A stretch of DNA of 64,000 nucleotides from Pyrinomonadaceae bacterium (GCA_046313635.1 JBKBYA010000012.1:5451-69450); one strand, 5' to 3'. Shown: positions 11,841 to 24,241, counted from the stretch's first letter. A program made the numbers and translations. The notes: generated from the letters alone by a model not told the origin.

Positions 11841-11913
11841 ATCTTATACGGTGGGTACGGCCTGTGGTCGGCGGTTAGTGAATGATGGACCTCGTCCGTT
11901 CGCGTCGCTGCTG

Positions 11914-12387
11914 TTACGCTGCCGCTTCGGCGGCCTTCTTGATCTCGGACGCGCTGCCGCCCGCCTTTTCGATCTTTTCCTTTGCCGCTTTGGTAAAGCG
12001 GTGGGCCGAGATGTTGAGCGACTTTGTCAGTTCGCCCGAGCCGAGGATGACGAGGTCGTGCTTCGCCTTTTTGATCAGGCCGCGCTCGTGCAGGATCTCG
12101 GGCGTGACGCTGTCGCCGGCGTTGAAGTTCTCCTCGATCTTCGCAAGGCTGATCTCGATCCACTGCTTTTTGAAGATGTTGGTAAAGCCGCGCTTGGGCA
12201 GACGGCGCTGGAGCGGCATCTGTCCGCCCTCGAATCCGGCCCGGCTGCTGTAACCCGAACGCGACTTCTGTCCCTTGTGACCGCGCCCGGCCGTTTTGCC
12301 GAGGCCCGATCCCGGGCCGCGTCCGACGCGCTTCTTCTTATGGGTCGAGCCCGGCGCGGGTTTCAGATTGTTCAGTGATAAAGCCAT
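11914..12387 (-). CDS. rplO: 50S ribosomal protein L15
   Basis: [30 protein letters not shown]. Confidence 0.99.
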   Translation of the reverse strand: MALSLNNLKPAPGSTHKKKRVGRGPGSGLGKTAGRGHKGQKSRSGYSSRAGFEGGQMPLQRRLPKRGFTNIFKKQWIEISLAKIEENFNAGDSVTPEILHERGLIKKAKHDLVILGSGELTKSLNISAHRFTKAAKEKIEKAGGSASEIKKAAEAAA

Positions 12388-12410
12388 TTCCTTTCCCTCA
12401 ATTTACAGTT

Positions 12411-12614
12411 CTATTCGACGATGCGCAAAAGGTGCGGCACCTTGGCGACGATCCCGCGCATTGCCGGAGTGTCGGGCCGGGTGACGGTCTGGTTGAGCTT
12501 GGTGATGCCGAGCTGCTTGACGACCTCTTTCTGCTTTTTCGAATAGCCGATCGAGCTGCGGTAGTACTGAATGTTGATCGTCCCGCCGGCTGCGTTTTCG
12601 TTTTTCTTTGCCAT
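12411..12614 (-). CDS. rpmD: 50S ribosomal protein L30
   Basis: RSSIG...LGITKLNQ...[12 protein letters not shown]; between rpsE and rplO. Confidence 0.95.
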   Translation of the reverse strand: MAKKNENAAGGTINIQYYRSSIGYSKKQKEVVKQLGITKLNQTVTRPDTPAMRGIVAKVPHLLRIVE

Positions 12615-12624
12615 GATCTTCTAT

Positions 12625-12722
12625 ATTTTCGATTTTCGAATTGCGATCTGCGGTCGTTCGGGACCGATCCCTGACAACGAACAACGATCTACGGACCACG
12701 ATCGCCGATCGAAAATCGCAAA
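12625..12722. repeat. Composite heptamer-repeat hairpin in rpsE-rpmD spacer
   Basis: ATTTTCG ATTTTCG AATTGCG ATCTGCG ... CAACGAA CAACGAT CTACGGA CCACGAT CGCCGAT CGAAAAT CGCAAAT. Confidence 0.85.
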
Positions 12723-13229
12723 TTACGCAAGTTCCCCGACCTGCTTGCCGCGAAGGCGTGCGACCTCGATCGGGTCCTTCATCCGCAGCAGACCGTCAAA
12801 GGTCGCGCGGATCACGTTGTGTGCGTTGTTGGAGCCGAGGATCTTGGTCCTGACGTTGTGAACGCCGAGCGACTGCATAACGGCGCGGACCGCTCCGCCG
12901 GCGATAACGCCCGTTCCCTCCGCGGCCGGCTTCATCAGCACGCGCCCGGCACCGAATTCGCCGATCATCTCGTGCGGCAGAGTGCCGTCGATCAGAGGCA
13001 CGCGGATCAGGTTGTTCTTGGCGGCTTCGATGGCCTTTTTGATCGCGTTCGGAACCTCTTTGGCCTTGCCCGTGCCGAATCCGACGTGACCGTTCTCGTC
13101 ACCGACCACGACCAGCGCCGCAAACGACAGGTTCTTACCGCCTTTGACGACCTTTGTCACACGGTTGATCGAGATGAGCTGGTCTTTAAGGATCAATCCG
13201 CTCGGAGAAATTCTCTGTTTATTCATCAC
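12723..13229 (-). CDS. rpsE: 30S ribosomal protein S5
   Basis: [17 protein letters not shown]; start may be the ATG at 13226. Confidence 0.98.
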   Translation of the reverse strand: MMNKQRISPSGLILKDQLISINRVTKVVKGGKNLSFAALVVVGDENGHVGFGTGKAKEVPNAIKKAIEAAKNNLIRVPLIDGTLPHEMIGEFGAGRVLMKPAAEGTGVIAGGAVRAVMQSLGVHNVRTKILGSNNAHNVIRATFDGLLRMKDPIEVARLRGKQVGELA

Positions 13230-13632
13230 TTCCTTCCTGATTCTGTCCGTTGCCGCCGTTGCCGTTCGATTCGCTCTTGTTCAGGCCTGCCTCGCGCGCC
13301 GCGTCGATCAGGGCCTTGACGCGGCCGTGAAAGACATAGCCGCCGCGATCGAAGACGACATTCGAGATGCCGGCGGCGATCGCTCGTTCGGCGACGGTCT
13401 TGCCGATCTCGCGTGCGGCCTCGATATTCCCGCCCGTCTTGCCGGCGAACGCCTTCTCGGTCGACGAAGCGTTGGCGAGCGTGACGCCGTTGGTGTCGTC
13501 GATCACCTGCGCGTAGATGTGATTCAGGCTGCGATAGACCGCAAGACGGGGCCTCTCGGCGGTACCGCGAACTTTCTTGCGGATGCGGCTGTGAACGCCC
13601 TTTCTGATGTCCGCTCTGCTTTTCTGTGCCAT
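13219..13632 (-). CDS. rplR: 50S ribosomal protein L18
   Basis: [25 protein letters not shown]. Confidence 0.98.
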   Translation of the reverse strand: MAQKSRADIRKGVHSRIRKKVRGTAERPRLAVYRSLNHIYAQVIDDTNGVTLANASSTEKAFAGKTGGNIEAAREIGKTVAERAIAAGISNVVFDRGGYVFHGRVKALIDAAREAGLNKSESNGNGGNGQNQEGSDE

Positions 13633-13650
13633 ATTCTTTTTAGTTTCCAG

Positions 13651-13720
13651 CCGTGCCAGCGAGTTTCAGAAAGTACCGGAGAAAGAACTTCGCGACTTTC
13701 CGCAACTCTGCAACACTCAA
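13651..13720. repeat. Degenerate octamer-repeat hairpin in rplF-rplR spacer
   Basis: GAGTTTCAGAAAGT... versus ...GACTTTCC GCAACTCT GCAACACT CAAC. Confidence 0.45.
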
Positions 13721-14281
13721 CTATTTTCCTGTCTTGCCCGGCTTCAGCCTGTAGACCTTGTCGGCGTAACGCACGCCCTTGCCCTTGTACGCGTCCGGCT
13801 TCCGGAGGCGATTGAGTTCGGCCGCGACCTGACCGAGCTTTTGCTTATCGATGCCGGTCAGCGTGATCGTCGTCTGGTACTGGTTGATCGACGTCTTGGT
13901 ATTGACGCGCTCGGTCTTGGCCTCGATGCCGTCCGGCAGCGGGTACTCGATCGGGTGCGAGTAGCCGAGAGCGAAAACGATCTTCTTGCCCTGCACGTCC
14001 GCCTTGTAACCGACGCCGACGACGTCCAGTTCCTTTTTGAAGCCTTCGGTCACGCCGACGACCGCGTTGTTTGCCAGCGCGCGGGCGAGACCGTGAAACG
14101 CCGCAAGCTCGTCGCTCGTGCGTTCGGCGACGAGAGTGCCGTCTTCCTGCTTAAAGCTGATGCCCTCGGGCACAGGCGTCTTGAGGGTGCCTTTCGGCCC
14201 CTTAACTTCCAGTTCCCTGTCGGTAATGCTGACCGTCACACCGGACGGGATCGTAATCGGTTTTTTTCCAACTCGCGACAT
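13721..14281 (-). CDS. rplF: 50S ribosomal protein L6
   Basis: Start MSRVGKKPI (ATG 14281); [23 protein letters not shown]. Confidence 0.98.
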   Translation of the reverse strand: MSRVGKKPITIPSGVTVSITDRELEVKGPKGTLKTPVPEGISFKQEDGTLVAERTSDELAAFHGLARALANNAVVGVTEGFKKELDVVGVGYKADVQGKKIVFALGYSHPIEYPLPDGIEAKTERVNTKTSINQYQTTITLTGIDKQKLGQVAAELNRLRKPDAYKGKGVRYADKVYRLKPGKTGK

Positions 14282-14337
14282 AAAATTCTCCGGACTGTTC
14301 GGCGTCCCGGACCGAGAGTGCCCGGGGCCGTTCATCC

Positions 14338-14730
14338 TTAATAAACCTGTGCCAATATTTCTCCGCCGACGCGTTCCTGACGTGCCCGCTTGCCGGTCAT
14401 CAGTCCCTTCGAGGTCGAAACGATGTTGACGCCGTAACCGCCGAGCACCTTCGGGATCTCCTGCGAGCCGACGTACACGCGGCGGCCCGGACGCGAAACG
14501 CGGCTCAGGTGCGTGATCGACGAGACGCCCTTGGCGTCGTAGCGAAGGAATACGCGGATCTGGTACTTCGGGCCTTCGCCCTTGACGCTGTAGCTGTTGA
14601 TATAGCCCTCTTCTTTGAGAATGCGGGCCAGCTCCAGCTTGAGCTTCGAACCGGGGATGTCGACACGTGTATGCTTGGCGGCGATCGCGTTGCGTATCCG
14701 CGTCAGCATATCGGCTATTGGATCTGTCAT
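14338..14730 (-). CDS. rpsH: 30S ribosomal protein S8
   Basis: [30 protein letters not shown]. Confidence 0.99.
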   Translation of the reverse strand: MTDPIADMLTRIRNAIAAKHTRVDIPGSKLKLELARILKEEGYINSYSVKGEGPKYQIRVFLRYDAKGVSSITHLSRVSRPGRRVYVGSQEIPKVLGGYGVNIVSTSKGLMTGKRARQERVGGEILAQVY

Positions 14731-14795
14731 TTATCTTTACTCCGTTCCAAAATTTCGGTGGTTCGCCTCGACAGGCGCCTTCCGAATTCAAATAC

Positions 14796-15101
14796 CTACC
14801 AGCTGGATTTCACGACGCCGGGGATCTGTCCCTGCAGGCCGAGCTCTCTGAGGCCGATCCTCGAGATGCCGAACTTCCTCAGATAGCCGCGCGGGCGGCC
14901 GGTCTGCGAGCAGCGGTTGCGATAGCGAACCGGGCTGGCGTCACGCGGGATCTTTTGAAGCTTCATCACGGCCTCGTCGACCTGCTCGGGCGACGACTTT
15001 GGGTCGTTGATGATCTTCTTCAGGGCCGCGCGTCGCTCGGCGTACTGGATCGACAGCTTTTTGCGTTTTTCGTTCTTAACGATCTTGCTGATCTTTGCCA
15101 T
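14796..15101 (-). CDS. rpsN: 30S ribosomal protein S14 (long, non-zinc form)
   Basis: 101 aa; [21 protein letters not shown]; only one Cys. Confidence 0.98.
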   Translation of the reverse strand: MAKISKIVKNEKRKKLSIQYAERRAALKKIINDPKSSPEQVDEAVMKLQKIPRDASPVRYRNRCSQTGRPRGYLRKFGISRIGLRELGLQGQIPGVVKSSW

Positions 15102-15109
15102 ATCTCAAA

Positions 15110-15190
15110 AGGTTCAAAGTTCAAGGTCCAATGTTCAATTTTCCAAGCTGAAGTTCACTGACTTTGAACTTTGAACTCGGAACTTCGAAC
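15110..15190. repeat. Inverted heptamer-repeat hairpin (AAGTTCA)n/(ACTTTGA)n in rplE-rpsN spacer
   Basis: AGGTTCA AAGTTCA AGGTCCA ATGTTCA ... ACTTTGA ACTTTGA ACTCGGA ACTTCGA. Confidence 0.9.
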
Positions 15191-15729
15191 TACTGTCTAA
15201 AGGGCATTCCAAGAGCTTTCAGAAGCGAACGTGCCTGGTCGTCCGACTTCGCGGTCGTCACGATCGAGATGTTCATTCCGCGGGTCTTGTCGACCTTGTT
15301 AAAGTCGATCTCCGGGAAGATGAGCTGCTCGCGGACGCCGAGCGTGTAGTTGCCGCGCCCGTCAAAGGCCTTGCCCGACACGCCGCGGAAGTCGCGAACG
15401 CGCGGAAGCGCGACCGAGATCAGGCGATCGAGAAACTCGTACATACGGTCGCCGCGGAGCGTGACCATCGTTCCGATGTTCATTCCCTGACGGAGCTTGA
15501 AAGCCGCGATCGACTTCTTTGCCTTGGTGATGACCGGTTTCTGGCCGGTGATCGCACGCAGCTCTTCGCCGGCCGTCTCGAGGATCTTTGCGTTGCCGCT
15601 CGCCTCGCCGAGGCCCATATTGATGACGATCTTCTCGATCTTGGGCACGGCCATCGGATTCGTGATATTGAACTCCTTGGCAAGTGCCCGAGCGACTTCC
15701 GATCTGTATTTGTCTTTAAGTCTAGCCAT
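15190..15729 (-). CDS. rplE: 50S ribosomal protein L5
   Basis: [29 protein letters not shown]. Confidence 0.99.
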   Translation of the reverse strand: MARLKDKYRSEVARALAKEFNITNPMAVPKIEKIVINMGLGEASGNAKILETAGEELRAITGQKPVITKAKKSIAAFKLRQGMNIGTMVTLRGDRMYEFLDRLISVALPRVRDFRGVSGKAFDGRGNYTLGVREQLIFPEIDFNKVDKTRGMNISIVTTAKSDDQARSLLKALGMPFRQ

Positions 15730-15788
15730 CTTTCGCTTCTCTCGTCCGGGACCCGCTCGCTCTCGCGGCGTTGCCGGACATCAAAATC

Positions 15789-16202
15789 CTATTCTTCGGT
15801 CTTCGGGGCCCGCTTGGTCGGCGCCCACTCGGGCGTCGGAATGACCTTGCCGCTCTTTGCGACTCGGACCTTCTGGCCGTCACGCTCCTCAACGCGGACG
15901 CGCGTCGGCTTGCCGGTCTCAGGATCGATCAGGGCGACGTTCGAGATATCGACCCACGCTTCCTGCTCCTTGATGCCGCCCTCGATATTCATCTGCGGCA
16001 CGGCCTTGCGGTGGCGCTTGACGATATTGGCGCCCTCGACCTTGACGCGGCCGTTGCGCGGATCGACGTCGATCACGCGGCCGCGATAAGGCTGGCGATT
16101 GCCGGCCGAGTCGTACCGGTTGTATTCCTTGCCGGCGATAAAGACGACCTGGTCGCCGCGGCGGATCTTGCTTTTGATTGTTCCTGTCTTCTCGGTCTTC
16201 AT
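15789..16202 (-). CDS. rplX: 50S ribosomal protein L24
   Basis: RRGDQVVFIAGK, VEGANIVKRH, ISNVAL. Confidence 0.96.
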   Translation of the reverse strand: MKTEKTGTIKSKIRRGDQVVFIAGKEYNRYDSAGNRQPYRGRVIDVDPRNGRVKVEGANIVKRHRKAVPQMNIEGGIKEQEAWVDISNVALIDPETGKPTRVRVEERDGQKVRVAKSGKVIPTPEWAPTKRAPKTEE

Positions 16203-16213
16203 TGTCTCAATAA

Positions 16214-16251
16214 ATAGGACATATATGTCCCATAGGTCCTATATGTCTTAT
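16214..16251. repeat. Nonamer tandem/palindromic repeat in rplN-rplX spacer
   Basis: ATAGGACAT ATATGTCCC ATAGGTCCT ATATGTCTT AT. Confidence 0.8.
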
Positions 16252-16255
16252 TCGA

Positions 16256-16624
16256 CTAAATAACCTCCGGCGCGAGCGAAACGATCTTCATAAAGTTCCT
16301 TTCGCGAAGTTCGCGGGCGACCGGTCCGAAGACGCGTGTCCCGATCGGCGAGCCGTCATCCTTGATGAGGACCGCGGCATTCTCGTCAAAGCGGATGTAG
16401 CTGCCGTCCTTGCGGCGGACCTCTTTGCGGGTCCGCACGATGACGGCGTTATAGACCTTTCCCTTTTTGACGGTGCCGTCCGGCGACGCCTCTTTGACGG
16501 TGACCTTGATCTTGTCGCCGAGGCGGGCGATCTTGCTCGTCGAGCCGCCGATCGGCATGATCATCACCACACGCTTGGCTCCCGAATTGTCAGCGACCGC
16601 TAACGAGGTCTGCATTTGAATCAT
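16256..16624 (-). CDS. rplN: 50S ribosomal protein L14
   Basis: [27 protein letters not shown]. Confidence 0.99.
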   Translation of the reverse strand: MIQMQTSLAVADNSGAKRVVMIMPIGGSTSKIARLGDKIKVTVKEASPDGTVKKGKVYNAVIVRTRKEVRRKDGSYIRFDENAAVLIKDDGSPIGTRVFGPVARELRERNFMKIVSLAPEVI

Positions 16625-16638
16625 AAAATTACCTCAAC

Positions 16639-16707
16639 CGTTCGTTGATGGTTGCTCGTTGATCGTTGAATGCCTAGCTCAACGAACCACAAGCAACGAA
16701 CCACTAA
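16639..16707. repeat. Inverted heptamer-repeat hairpin (TGWTCGT)n/(CAACGAA)n in rpsQ-rplN spacer
   Basis: CGTTCGT TGATGGT TGCTCGT TGATCGT TGA ... CAACGAA CCACAAG CAACGAA CCACTAA. Confidence 0.85.
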
Positions 16708-17148
16708 CTAAAGCTCCGCTTTTTGAATGATCTCGACGACGCGCCAGCGCTTGCGGGCCGACAGCGGACGGGTCTCGACGATCCGCACCTTGTCGCCGAC
16801 CTTTGATCCGAGCTCGTCGTGAGCCATGAATTTCTTGCGGCGGCGAACGTACTTGCGATACGTCGGGTGCTTGACCAGCCGGTCGACGCGGACGACGACC
16901 GTCTTGGTCATCTTGTCCGAGGACACGACGCCGATGCGCTCGGCGCGCTTGCCGCTGGAAGCCTTTTTCTCTGTGCTTCCGCCAGTGACCGCTTCGGCAA
17001 GCTTGGATGCTCCCTCGCTGACCGCGTTCGCCACCGTCGCGGCGGCCGAGGTGACGGTCTCGATCACCGAATCGACGACGCCGCCTTCGTTCGCGGTCTG
17101 TGTCTCGTTCGCCTCCACGGCATTCTCGTCTTTTTTCTTGGTTGCCAT
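16708..17148 (-). CDS. rpsQ: 30S ribosomal protein S17 with N-terminal extension
   Basis: Core [14 protein letters not shown]...[11 protein letters not shown] preceded by about 65 Ala/Glu/Thr-rich residues. Confidence 0.96.
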   Translation of the reverse strand: MATKKKDENAVEANETQTANEGGVVDSVIETVTSAAATVANAVSEGASKLAEAVTGGSTEKKASSGKRAERIGVVSSDKMTKTVVVRVDRLVKHPTYRKYVRRRKKFMAHDELGSKVGDKVRIVETRPLSARKRWRVVEIIQKAEL

Positions 17149-17173
17149 TTTCTATCTCGCTGCGTATTCGAAA

Positions 17174-17389
17174 CTACGCGTTGTTAGACTCCGCCTCTTT
17201 CTGATTGATCAGGGTATAGACGCGGGCCAGCGTCTTCTTTTCCCGACGGATGTCCTTGACCGTCTCGCCGACGCCGAGCGTCTTGCGGAACTTCAGGCGG
17301 AAGAGCGACTCCTTGAGCGCGTCGGCCTGGTCCTTGAGCTCGGCAAGGCTCATATCGTTAAGCTGGTTCAACTGCTCTTTACGTTTCAT
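17174..17389 (-). CDS. rpmC: 50S ribosomal protein L29
   Basis: 71 aa; ELK...LFRLKF...IRREKKTLARVYT; position in S10 operon. Confidence 0.93.
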   Translation of the reverse strand: MKRKEQLNQLNDMSLAELKDQADALKESLFRLKFRKTLGVGETVKDIRREKKTLARVYTLINQKEAESNNA

Positions 17390-17391
17390 TT

Positions 17392-17820
17392 CTAAACGAT
17401 GCCTCCTTCGAGGTCGGCGCGTGTCACGAACTTCGTCTTCACCGGCAGCTTTTGCGCGGCGAGCTTCATAGCCTCGCGTGCCAGCGTCTCGTCGACACCC
17501 TGGATCTCGTAGAGCACGCGGCCCGGCTTGACGACGGCGACCCAGTGGTCCGGGGCCCCCTTGCCCGATCCCATGCGGGTCTCGGCCGGCTTCTTAGTAA
17601 TCGGCTTGTCCGGGAATATCCTGATCCAGATCTTGCCGCCGCGTTTGACGTGGCGGGTCATCGCGATACGAGCCGCTTCGATCTGCCGATCGGTGATCCA
17701 GCCGGCTTCGAGTGTTTTCAGCCCAAAGTCACCGAAGCTGAGCTTTTCGCCGCGCGTAGCCTTTCCGCGCATTCGGCCCTTCATCACTCTCCGGTGCTTT
17801 ACCTTTTTCGGCATTAACAT
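17392..17820 (-). CDS. rplP: 50S ribosomal protein L16
   Basis: [29 protein letters not shown]. Confidence 0.99.
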   Translation of the reverse strand: MLMPKKVKHRRVMKGRMRGKATRGEKLSFGDFGLKTLEAGWITDRQIEAARIAMTRHVKRGGKIWIRIFPDKPITKKPAETRMGSGKGAPDHWVAVVKPGRVLYEIQGVDETLAREAMKLAAQKLPVKTKFVTRADLEGGIV

Positions 17821-17833
17821 AACTAAACCTCAA

Positions 17834-17908
17834 ATTTTCGATTTGCGATTTTCAATTTGCGATCGTTCTCGGCTCGAAATCGAAAATCGAAAATCGACAA
17901 TCGCAAAT
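17834..17908. repeat. Inverted heptamer-repeat hairpin (ATTTKCG)n/(AAATCGA)n in rpsC-rplP spacer
   Basis: ATTTTCG ATTTGCG ATTTTCA ATTTGCG ... AAATCGA AAATCGA AAATCGA CAATCGC AAAT. Confidence 0.9.
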
Positions 17909-17910
17909 CT

Positions 17911-18651
17911 TTATCTTCCCCTATCGTCCCTTCTCGGCCGGCGATCGCCGCGGCCGCGGCCCATGCGTTCGGTCTTGACCTCGTTGATCGGGTCGGTCGT
18001 CGTGCCGCGTGCGATCGACGCGTTCGGATCGAGGATCTCTCCGCGGTAGATCCAGACCTTTATGCCGATCACGCCAAAGGTCGTGTGAGCCTCGGCAAAG
18101 CCGTAATCGATGTCGGCACGCAGCGTGTGAAGCGGCAGGCGTCCCTCGAGCGACCATTCGGTGCGCGCGATCTCGGCTCCGTTCAGGCGGCCGGCGATCA
18201 TCACCTTGATACCCTGTGCGCCGAAGCGGATCGATTCCTCCATCGTCTTCTTCATCGCGCGGCGGAAGGCGATGCGCTTCTCGAGCTGCTGGGCGATCTT
18301 TTCGGCCTGCAGCGTGGCGTTAAGCTCGGGATGCCGGATCTCCTGGATCGAGATAATGACCTCGCGTCCGGTGCGGCGCTCGATATCCGCCTTCAACTTG
18401 TCGATCTCAGCGCCTTTGCGGCCGATGATGATGCCGGGCCGCGACGTGTAGATGATGATCTTAAGACGAGCGGCGGCACGCTCGATGTCGATGTGCGAGA
18501 CGCCGCCGCCGGCAAAGCGCTTTTTGAGATCTCGCTTGAGCTTCAGGTCCTCGGCCAGGAAGTTAGAGAAATCCTGCTTCGCGTACCAGTGCGAGTGCCA
18601 GTCCTTGTTGTAGCCGACCCTAAAGCCGTACGGATGAACTTTTTGTCCCAT
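17911..18651 (-). CDS. rpsC: 30S ribosomal protein S3
   Basis: [42 protein letters not shown]. Confidence 0.99.
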   Translation of the reverse strand: MGQKVHPYGFRVGYNKDWHSHWYAKQDFSNFLAEDLKLKRDLKKRFAGGGVSHIDIERAAARLKIIIYTSRPGIIIGRKGAEIDKLKADIERRTGREVIISIQEIRHPELNATLQAEKIAQQLEKRIAFRRAMKKTMEESIRFGAQGIKVMIAGRLNGAEIARTEWSLEGRLPLHTLRADIDYGFAEAHTTFGVIGIKVWIYRGEILDPNASIARGTTTDPINEVKTERMGRGRGDRRPRRDDRGR

Positions 18652-18668
18652 AAAATCTCTCTTCTGAA

Positions 18669-19244
18669 TTACTCTGCGGCCTTATCGGTCGGAGTCTGCT
18701 CGGCAGTTTCGCTGACCGCCGGCGTCGTAACCTCGGCAGCTTCGGCGGCCGGCTGCTCGCTCTGGGCCTTTTTGGCCTTCGGAGCCGCTGACTTCTTGGT
18801 CGCTTTCTTCGCTCCGCCGTCGGCCTTGGCGGCAGCGGCGCGCTTGGCCTTTGCCTCTTCGGCCTTCAATTCCTTTTCGCTCTTTGCCCGCTGGTCGTTG
18901 GTCACCTCGATCGTGATATGGCAGTAGTGACGCTGCTCGCGGTAGGCACGGCCCTGCGGTGCGGGACGCATCCGGCGACGATTCTTCGTCGGGCCCATAT
19001 CGACATAGCAGGTCTTGACCCAGAGCTCGTCCGGGTCGATGGCCACATTCTGCTGCTCGGCCTTGTAGGTCGCGTTCGCGATCGCCGAGCTGAGGCACTT
19101 CGAGATCGGGTCCGCCGCCCGCTTGTCGGTGAACTTGAGGATCGCCAAAGCCTGCGAAACGTTGCGGCCGCGGATCAGGTCGATGACCAGACGCGCCTTG
19201 CGGGGCGAACCTTTCAAATATTTTGTTTTAGCTATCGCTTCCAT
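18669..19244 (-). CDS. rplV: 50S ribosomal protein L22 with Ala/Lys/Glu-rich C-terminal tail
   Basis: [32 protein letters not shown]; 191 aa. Confidence 0.97.
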   Translation of the reverse strand: MEAIAKTKYLKGSPRKARLVIDLIRGRNVSQALAILKFTDKRAADPISKCLSSAIANATYKAEQQNVAIDPDELWVKTCYVDMGPTKNRRRMRPAPQGRAYREQRHYCHITIEVTNDQRAKSEKELKAEEAKAKRAAAAKADGGAKKATKKSAAPKAKKAQSEQPAAEAAEVTTPAVSETAEQTPTDKAAE

Positions 19245-19246
19245 AA

Positions 19247-19310
19247 CAGTTGTCAGTGATCGGTGGTCGGCTGCCGGTCAAGGTCACTCTGACCGCCGCT
19301 CACCGTCCAC
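19247..19310. repeat. Heptamer-repeat hairpin (CRGTGRT)n in rpsS-rplV spacer
   Basis: CAGTTGT CAGTGAT CGGTGGT CGGCTGC ... CTGACCG CCGCTCA CCGTCCA; same family as 5517-5588. Confidence 0.75.
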
Positions 19311-19601
19311 TTATTTCCTCTTCGCCGATTTCTCAGCCTTGGTTCCCGGATGACCCTTGAAGTTTCGCGTCGGCGAAAATTCGCCAAGCTTGTGTCCGAC
19401 CATGTTCTCGGTGACAAAGACCGGGATGTGACGCTTGCCATTGTGAACGCCGAATGTCATTCCGACCATGTCGGGCGTGATCGTCGAACGGCGCGACCAG
19501 GTCTTGATCGCCGGCGGACGCGACCCGCCCTCCGCGATGCGGCGGAGCACCTTGACAAGGCTAAGATCGATGAACGGTCCTTTTTTAATAGAGCGTGGCA
19601 T
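19311..19601 (-). CDS. rpsS: 30S ribosomal protein S19
   Basis: [30 protein letters not shown]. Confidence 0.99.
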   Translation of the reverse strand: MPRSIKKGPFIDLSLVKVLRRIAEGGSRPPAIKTWSRRSTITPDMVGMTFGVHNGKRHIPVFVTENMVGHKLGEFSPTRNFKGHPGTKAEKSAKRK

Positions 19602-19606
19602 ATCTT

Positions 19607-19670
19607 GATTTTGGATTTCGGATTGCGGATTTTGGATTTAGTAAAGACCAAAAAACCAAAGACCAAAAAC
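19607..19670. repeat. Heptamer-repeat spacer (GATTTTG)n/(AAARACC)n between rplB and rpsS
   Basis: GATTTTG GATTTCG GATTGCG GATTTTG ... AAAGACC AAAAAACC AAAGACC AAAAACC; arms pair imperfectly. Confidence 0.8.
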
Positions 19671-20501
19671 CTATTTCCTCCTCCGATCTCTTACGATCAT
19701 GTTGTTCGTGCGCTTGTTGCGGCGCGTCTTGTAGCCGCGGGTCGGCTGGCCCCAGGGCGTGACCGGGTTGCGGCCGCCCGACGTCTTGCCTTCGCCGCCG
19801 CCGTGCGGGTGATCGACCGGGTTCATCGCGACGCCGCGGACCTTGGGCCGTTTGCCCATCCAGCGCGAGCGGCCTGCTTTGCCGAGGCTGACATTCTCGT
19901 GCTCAGGGTTGCCGACCTGACCGACCGTCGCGTAGCAAACGACCGGCACGCGGCGAACTTCACCTGACGGCATTCTGAGCTGAGCATAGTCGCCTTCTTT
20001 CGCGACGATCTGTGCAAAGCCGCCGGCGGCACGCACGAGCTGGCCGCCCTTTCCGGGACGCAGCTCGACGTTGTGAACTTCGGTGCCGAGCGGAATGTTC
20101 TTGATCGGCAGGGCGTTGCCCGGCAGGATGTCGGCCTCTTCGCCGCTCAGGATCGTCGAACCGACCTTCAGACCGACCGGAGCGATGATGTAGCGCTTTT
20201 CGCCGTCGAGATACGTGATCAGAGCGATGTGGGCCGAGCGGTTCGGATCGTACTCGATCTGCGAGACACGGCCCGGGATGCCGGCCTTGTCACGCTTGAA
20301 ATCGATCACGCGGTAGAAACGCTTGGAACCTCCGCCGCGGCGACGCACCGTGATGCGTCCGTCGCTGTTGCGTCCCGAAATTCGCTTTTTAGGCTCGAGC
20401 AGTGATTTCTCGGGTACTGCTCCCGGCGTCAACTCGTCGCGGGTCAGATAGGTCTGATACCGCCGTGCCGGTGATGTCGGTTTTAATCTCTTGATTCCCA
20501 T
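19671..20501 (-). CDS. rplB: 50S ribosomal protein L2
   Basis: [25 protein letters not shown]. Confidence 0.99.
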   Translation of the reverse strand: MGIKRLKPTSPARRYQTYLTRDELTPGAVPEKSLLEPKKRISGRNSDGRITVRRRGGGSKRFYRVIDFKRDKAGIPGRVSQIEYDPNRSAHIALITYLDGEKRYIIAPVGLKVGSTILSGEEADILPGNALPIKNIPLGTEVHNVELRPGKGGQLVRAAGGFAQIVAKEGDYAQLRMPSGEVRRVPVVCYATVGQVGNPEHENVSLGKAGRSRWMGKRPKVRGVAMNPVDHPHGGGEGKTSGGRNPVTPWGQPTRGYKTRRNKRTNNMIVRDRRRK

Positions 20502-20507
20502 AATTCT

Positions 20508-20579
20508 AGTGATGAGTGATAAGTGATGAGTGACGAGTGTCGTTTCTTCAACTCACCGTTCACCATTCACAGTTCACCG
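20508..20579. repeat. Inverted heptamer-repeat hairpin (AGTGATG)n/(RTTCACC)n in rplW-rplB spacer
   Basis: AGTGATG AGTGATA AGTGATG AGTGACG AGTG ... ACTCACC GTTCACC ATTCACA GTTCACC. Confidence 0.85.
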
Positions 20580-20908
<329 letters not shown>

Positions 20909-20909
<1 letters not shown>

Positions 20910-21592
20910 TATTCTTCACCTCCGGTGCTGCCGTTGCCGCCGTGCTCACGGGCCGGATCGAGCAGCTCGTTGAGTTCCTCGACCGCCGCACGCGAGAGAA
21001 CGAGCTTCTCGTGGTAAACGAGATCGTAGACGTTCAGGCCGAAGCTGTTGGTCACCTTGGTCTTCTGCACGTTGCGTGACGAGAGAACGAGATTCGCGTT
21101 GTCGAGCGAGTCGACGATCAGGGTCTTTGCCCGCTTTTTGTTCTCGACCAATCCGAGCGTATTGAGAGCGGCAAGGAAATCCTTGGTCTTTGGCGCCTCA
21201 AAGGTAAAGCCGTCGACGACGATCAAATTACCTTCACGCAGCCTCTCGGAAAGAGCCGAGCGGAGAGCTCCGCGGCGCATCTTCTTGGGAAGGCTGTACG
21301 ACCAGTCGCGCGGCTGAGGGCCGTGGACGTTGCCGCCGCCCTTCCAGAGCGGCGAACGCAGGCTCGCGATGCGAGCGCGGCCCGTGCCTTTCTGCTTCCA
21401 AAGCTTGCGTCCCGATCCCGAAACGTTGCCGCGGGTCTTGGTCGCCGATGTACCCTGCCGGCCGTTCGCAAGGTAATTGCGAACCGCAGCGTGGATCAGC
21501 GACTCGTTCAGCTCGGCGCCGAAAACGGCATCCGAAAGGGCGACCTCGCCGACTTCCTTATTCTCTAAATTGCGAACCTTTACGGTAGGCAT
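20909..21592 (-). CDS. rplD: 50S ribosomal protein L4
   Basis: Start MPTVKV (ATG 21592); [30 protein letters not shown]. Confidence 0.98.
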
Positions 21593-21605
21593 AAATCTCA
21601 CTCCG

Positions 21606-21686
21606 TTCGAGTCTTTTGAGTCAGGCGAGTCTTTTCAGTCGGTCGAGTCACCAGGACCCGACAGACTCGATAGACTCGATAGACTT
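21606..21686. repeat. Inverted nonamer-repeat hairpin (TCGAGTC core) in rplC-rplD spacer
   Basis: TTCGAGTCT TTTGAGTCA GGCGAGTCT TTTCAGTCG GTCGAGTCA ... AGACTCGAT AGACTCGAT AGACTT. Confidence 0.85.
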
Positions 21687-22323
21687 AAGACTTTTTCACT
21701 ACAACCAAACTTCCATTAGCGCCGGGTACAGCACCACGAACCATCAAAAGATTGTTCTCGACATCGACCTTCGCGACCGTCAGGCCCTTGATCGTGACAC
21801 GCTCGTCGCCCATGTGGCCGGACGAACGGGTTCCCTTGATCACGCGTGACGGGTAAGCCGACTGACCGATCGAACCCGGTGCGCGAACGCTCATCGAACC
21901 GTGCGACTCGGGACCGCGATTGAAGTTGTGCCGCTTGATCGTACCTGCGAAGCCGCGGCCTTTCGACTTGCCGACGACCTCGATCTTGTCGCCGTCCGCA
22001 AAGACGTCCACCTTTACCTGATCGCCGACCGCAGCCTCGGGCTCGGTCGTGAGGCGGATCTCTTTGAGAACGCGAGTCGGCGGCACGCCGCCTCCGGTCT
22101 TTTCAAAGTGTCCGCGCAGCGGCTTGGTGACGTTCTTGATCCTGATCGGCTTGTCTTCGACGAGTCCGAGCTGAACGGCGTTATAGCCGTCCTTTCCGGC
22201 AGCGCTCTTGGTCTGGACGACGACGCACGGCCCCGCCTTGATGATCGTCACGGGCGTGACGGTGCCGTCCTCAGCAAAGAGCTGGGTCATCCCGAGTTTT
22301 CTACCAATAATTCCGTTCACCAT
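21685..22323 (-). CDS. rplC: 50S ribosomal protein L3
   Basis: [35 protein letters not shown]. Confidence 0.99.
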   Translation of the reverse strand: MVNGIIGRKLGMTQLFAEDGTVTPVTIIKAGPCVVVQTKSAAGKDGYNAVQLGLVEDKPIRIKNVTKPLRGHFEKTGGGVPPTRVLKEIRLTTEPEAAVGDQVKVDVFADGDKIEVVGKSKGRGFAGTIKRHNFNRGPESHGSMSVRAPGSIGQSAYPSRVIKGTRSSGHMGDERVTIKGLTVAKVDVENNLLMVRGAVPGANGSLVVVKKS

Positions 22324-22325
22324 AA

Positions 22326-22412
22326 AAGTACCTGTAAGTACCTGAGCTCTGAAAGTACGAGAGTCCCGGAGCGTCCGACCGGCTCCGCAGTTCTCTTACT
22401 CTGCAAACTCCG
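22326..22412. repeat. Degenerate 8-10-mer repeat hairpin in rpsJ-rplC spacer
   Basis: AAGTACCTGT AAGTACCTG AGCTCTGA AAGTACGA GAGT ... TTCTCT TACTCTGC AAACTCCG. Confidence 0.5.
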
Positions 22413-22416
22413 CTAG

Positions 22417-22737
22417 CTAATTCCGGCCAAAGGCCTTGATCTCCACATCCACACCGGCCGGAAGATCGAGCCTCATCAATGCGTCGACGGTCTCGGCCGT
22501 CGGATCGAGGATGTCCATCAATCGCTTGTGCGTTCTGATCTCGAACTGCTCACGCGATTTCTTGTCGACGTGCGGCGAGCGAAGGACGGTCCACTTGTTC
22601 TTCACCGTCGGAAGCGGGATCGGGCCTGCGATGCGGGCGCCGGTACGCTTGGCCGTGTCGACGATCTCCTGCGTGGACTGATCCAAGACCCTGTGGTCGT
22701 ACGCCTTGAGCTTGATGCGGATCTTTTCGTTCAACAT
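22417..22737 (-). CDS. rpsJ: 30S ribosomal protein S10
   Basis: [30 protein letters not shown]. Confidence 0.99.
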   Translation of the reverse strand: MLNEKIRIKLKAYDHRVLDQSTQEIVDTAKRTGARIAGPIPLPTVKNKWTVLRSPHVDKKSREQFEIRTHKRLMDILDPTAETVDALMRLDLPAGVDVEIKAFGRN

Positions 22738-22743
22738 AAATCT

Positions 22744-23931
<1,188 letters not shown>

Positions 23932-23982
23932 CTTCTATTTCTTCTCCGGTCAATTTAAAGGTGAACTCAAATAATCCTTATC

Positions 23983-24057
<75 letters not shown>

Positions 24058-24074
24058 CCGCTTGTAAAACTTGC

Positions 24075-24150
<76 letters not shown>

Positions 24151-24153
24151 TCA

Positions 24154-24241
24154 TGGTGCAAGGGGCAGGATTCGAACCTGCGTAGGATGTTACTCCGCCG
24201 GGTTTACAGCCCGGTGCCATTAACCACTCGACCACCCTTGC
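24154..24241 (-). tRNA. tRNA-Tyr(GTA)
   Basis: 88 nt GCAAGGG...CCCTTGC-A-CCA; anticodon arm CCGGG CTGTAAA CCCGG; long variable arm. Confidence 0.96.

Noticed and set aside
8847..14791. N-terminal extensions of map (369 aa) and rplF (356 aa) in the ORF track; likewise rpsD, rpsM, trmFO and the collagen-like gene
   Set aside because: They overlap upstream genes or spacers; internal ATGs give canonical proteins
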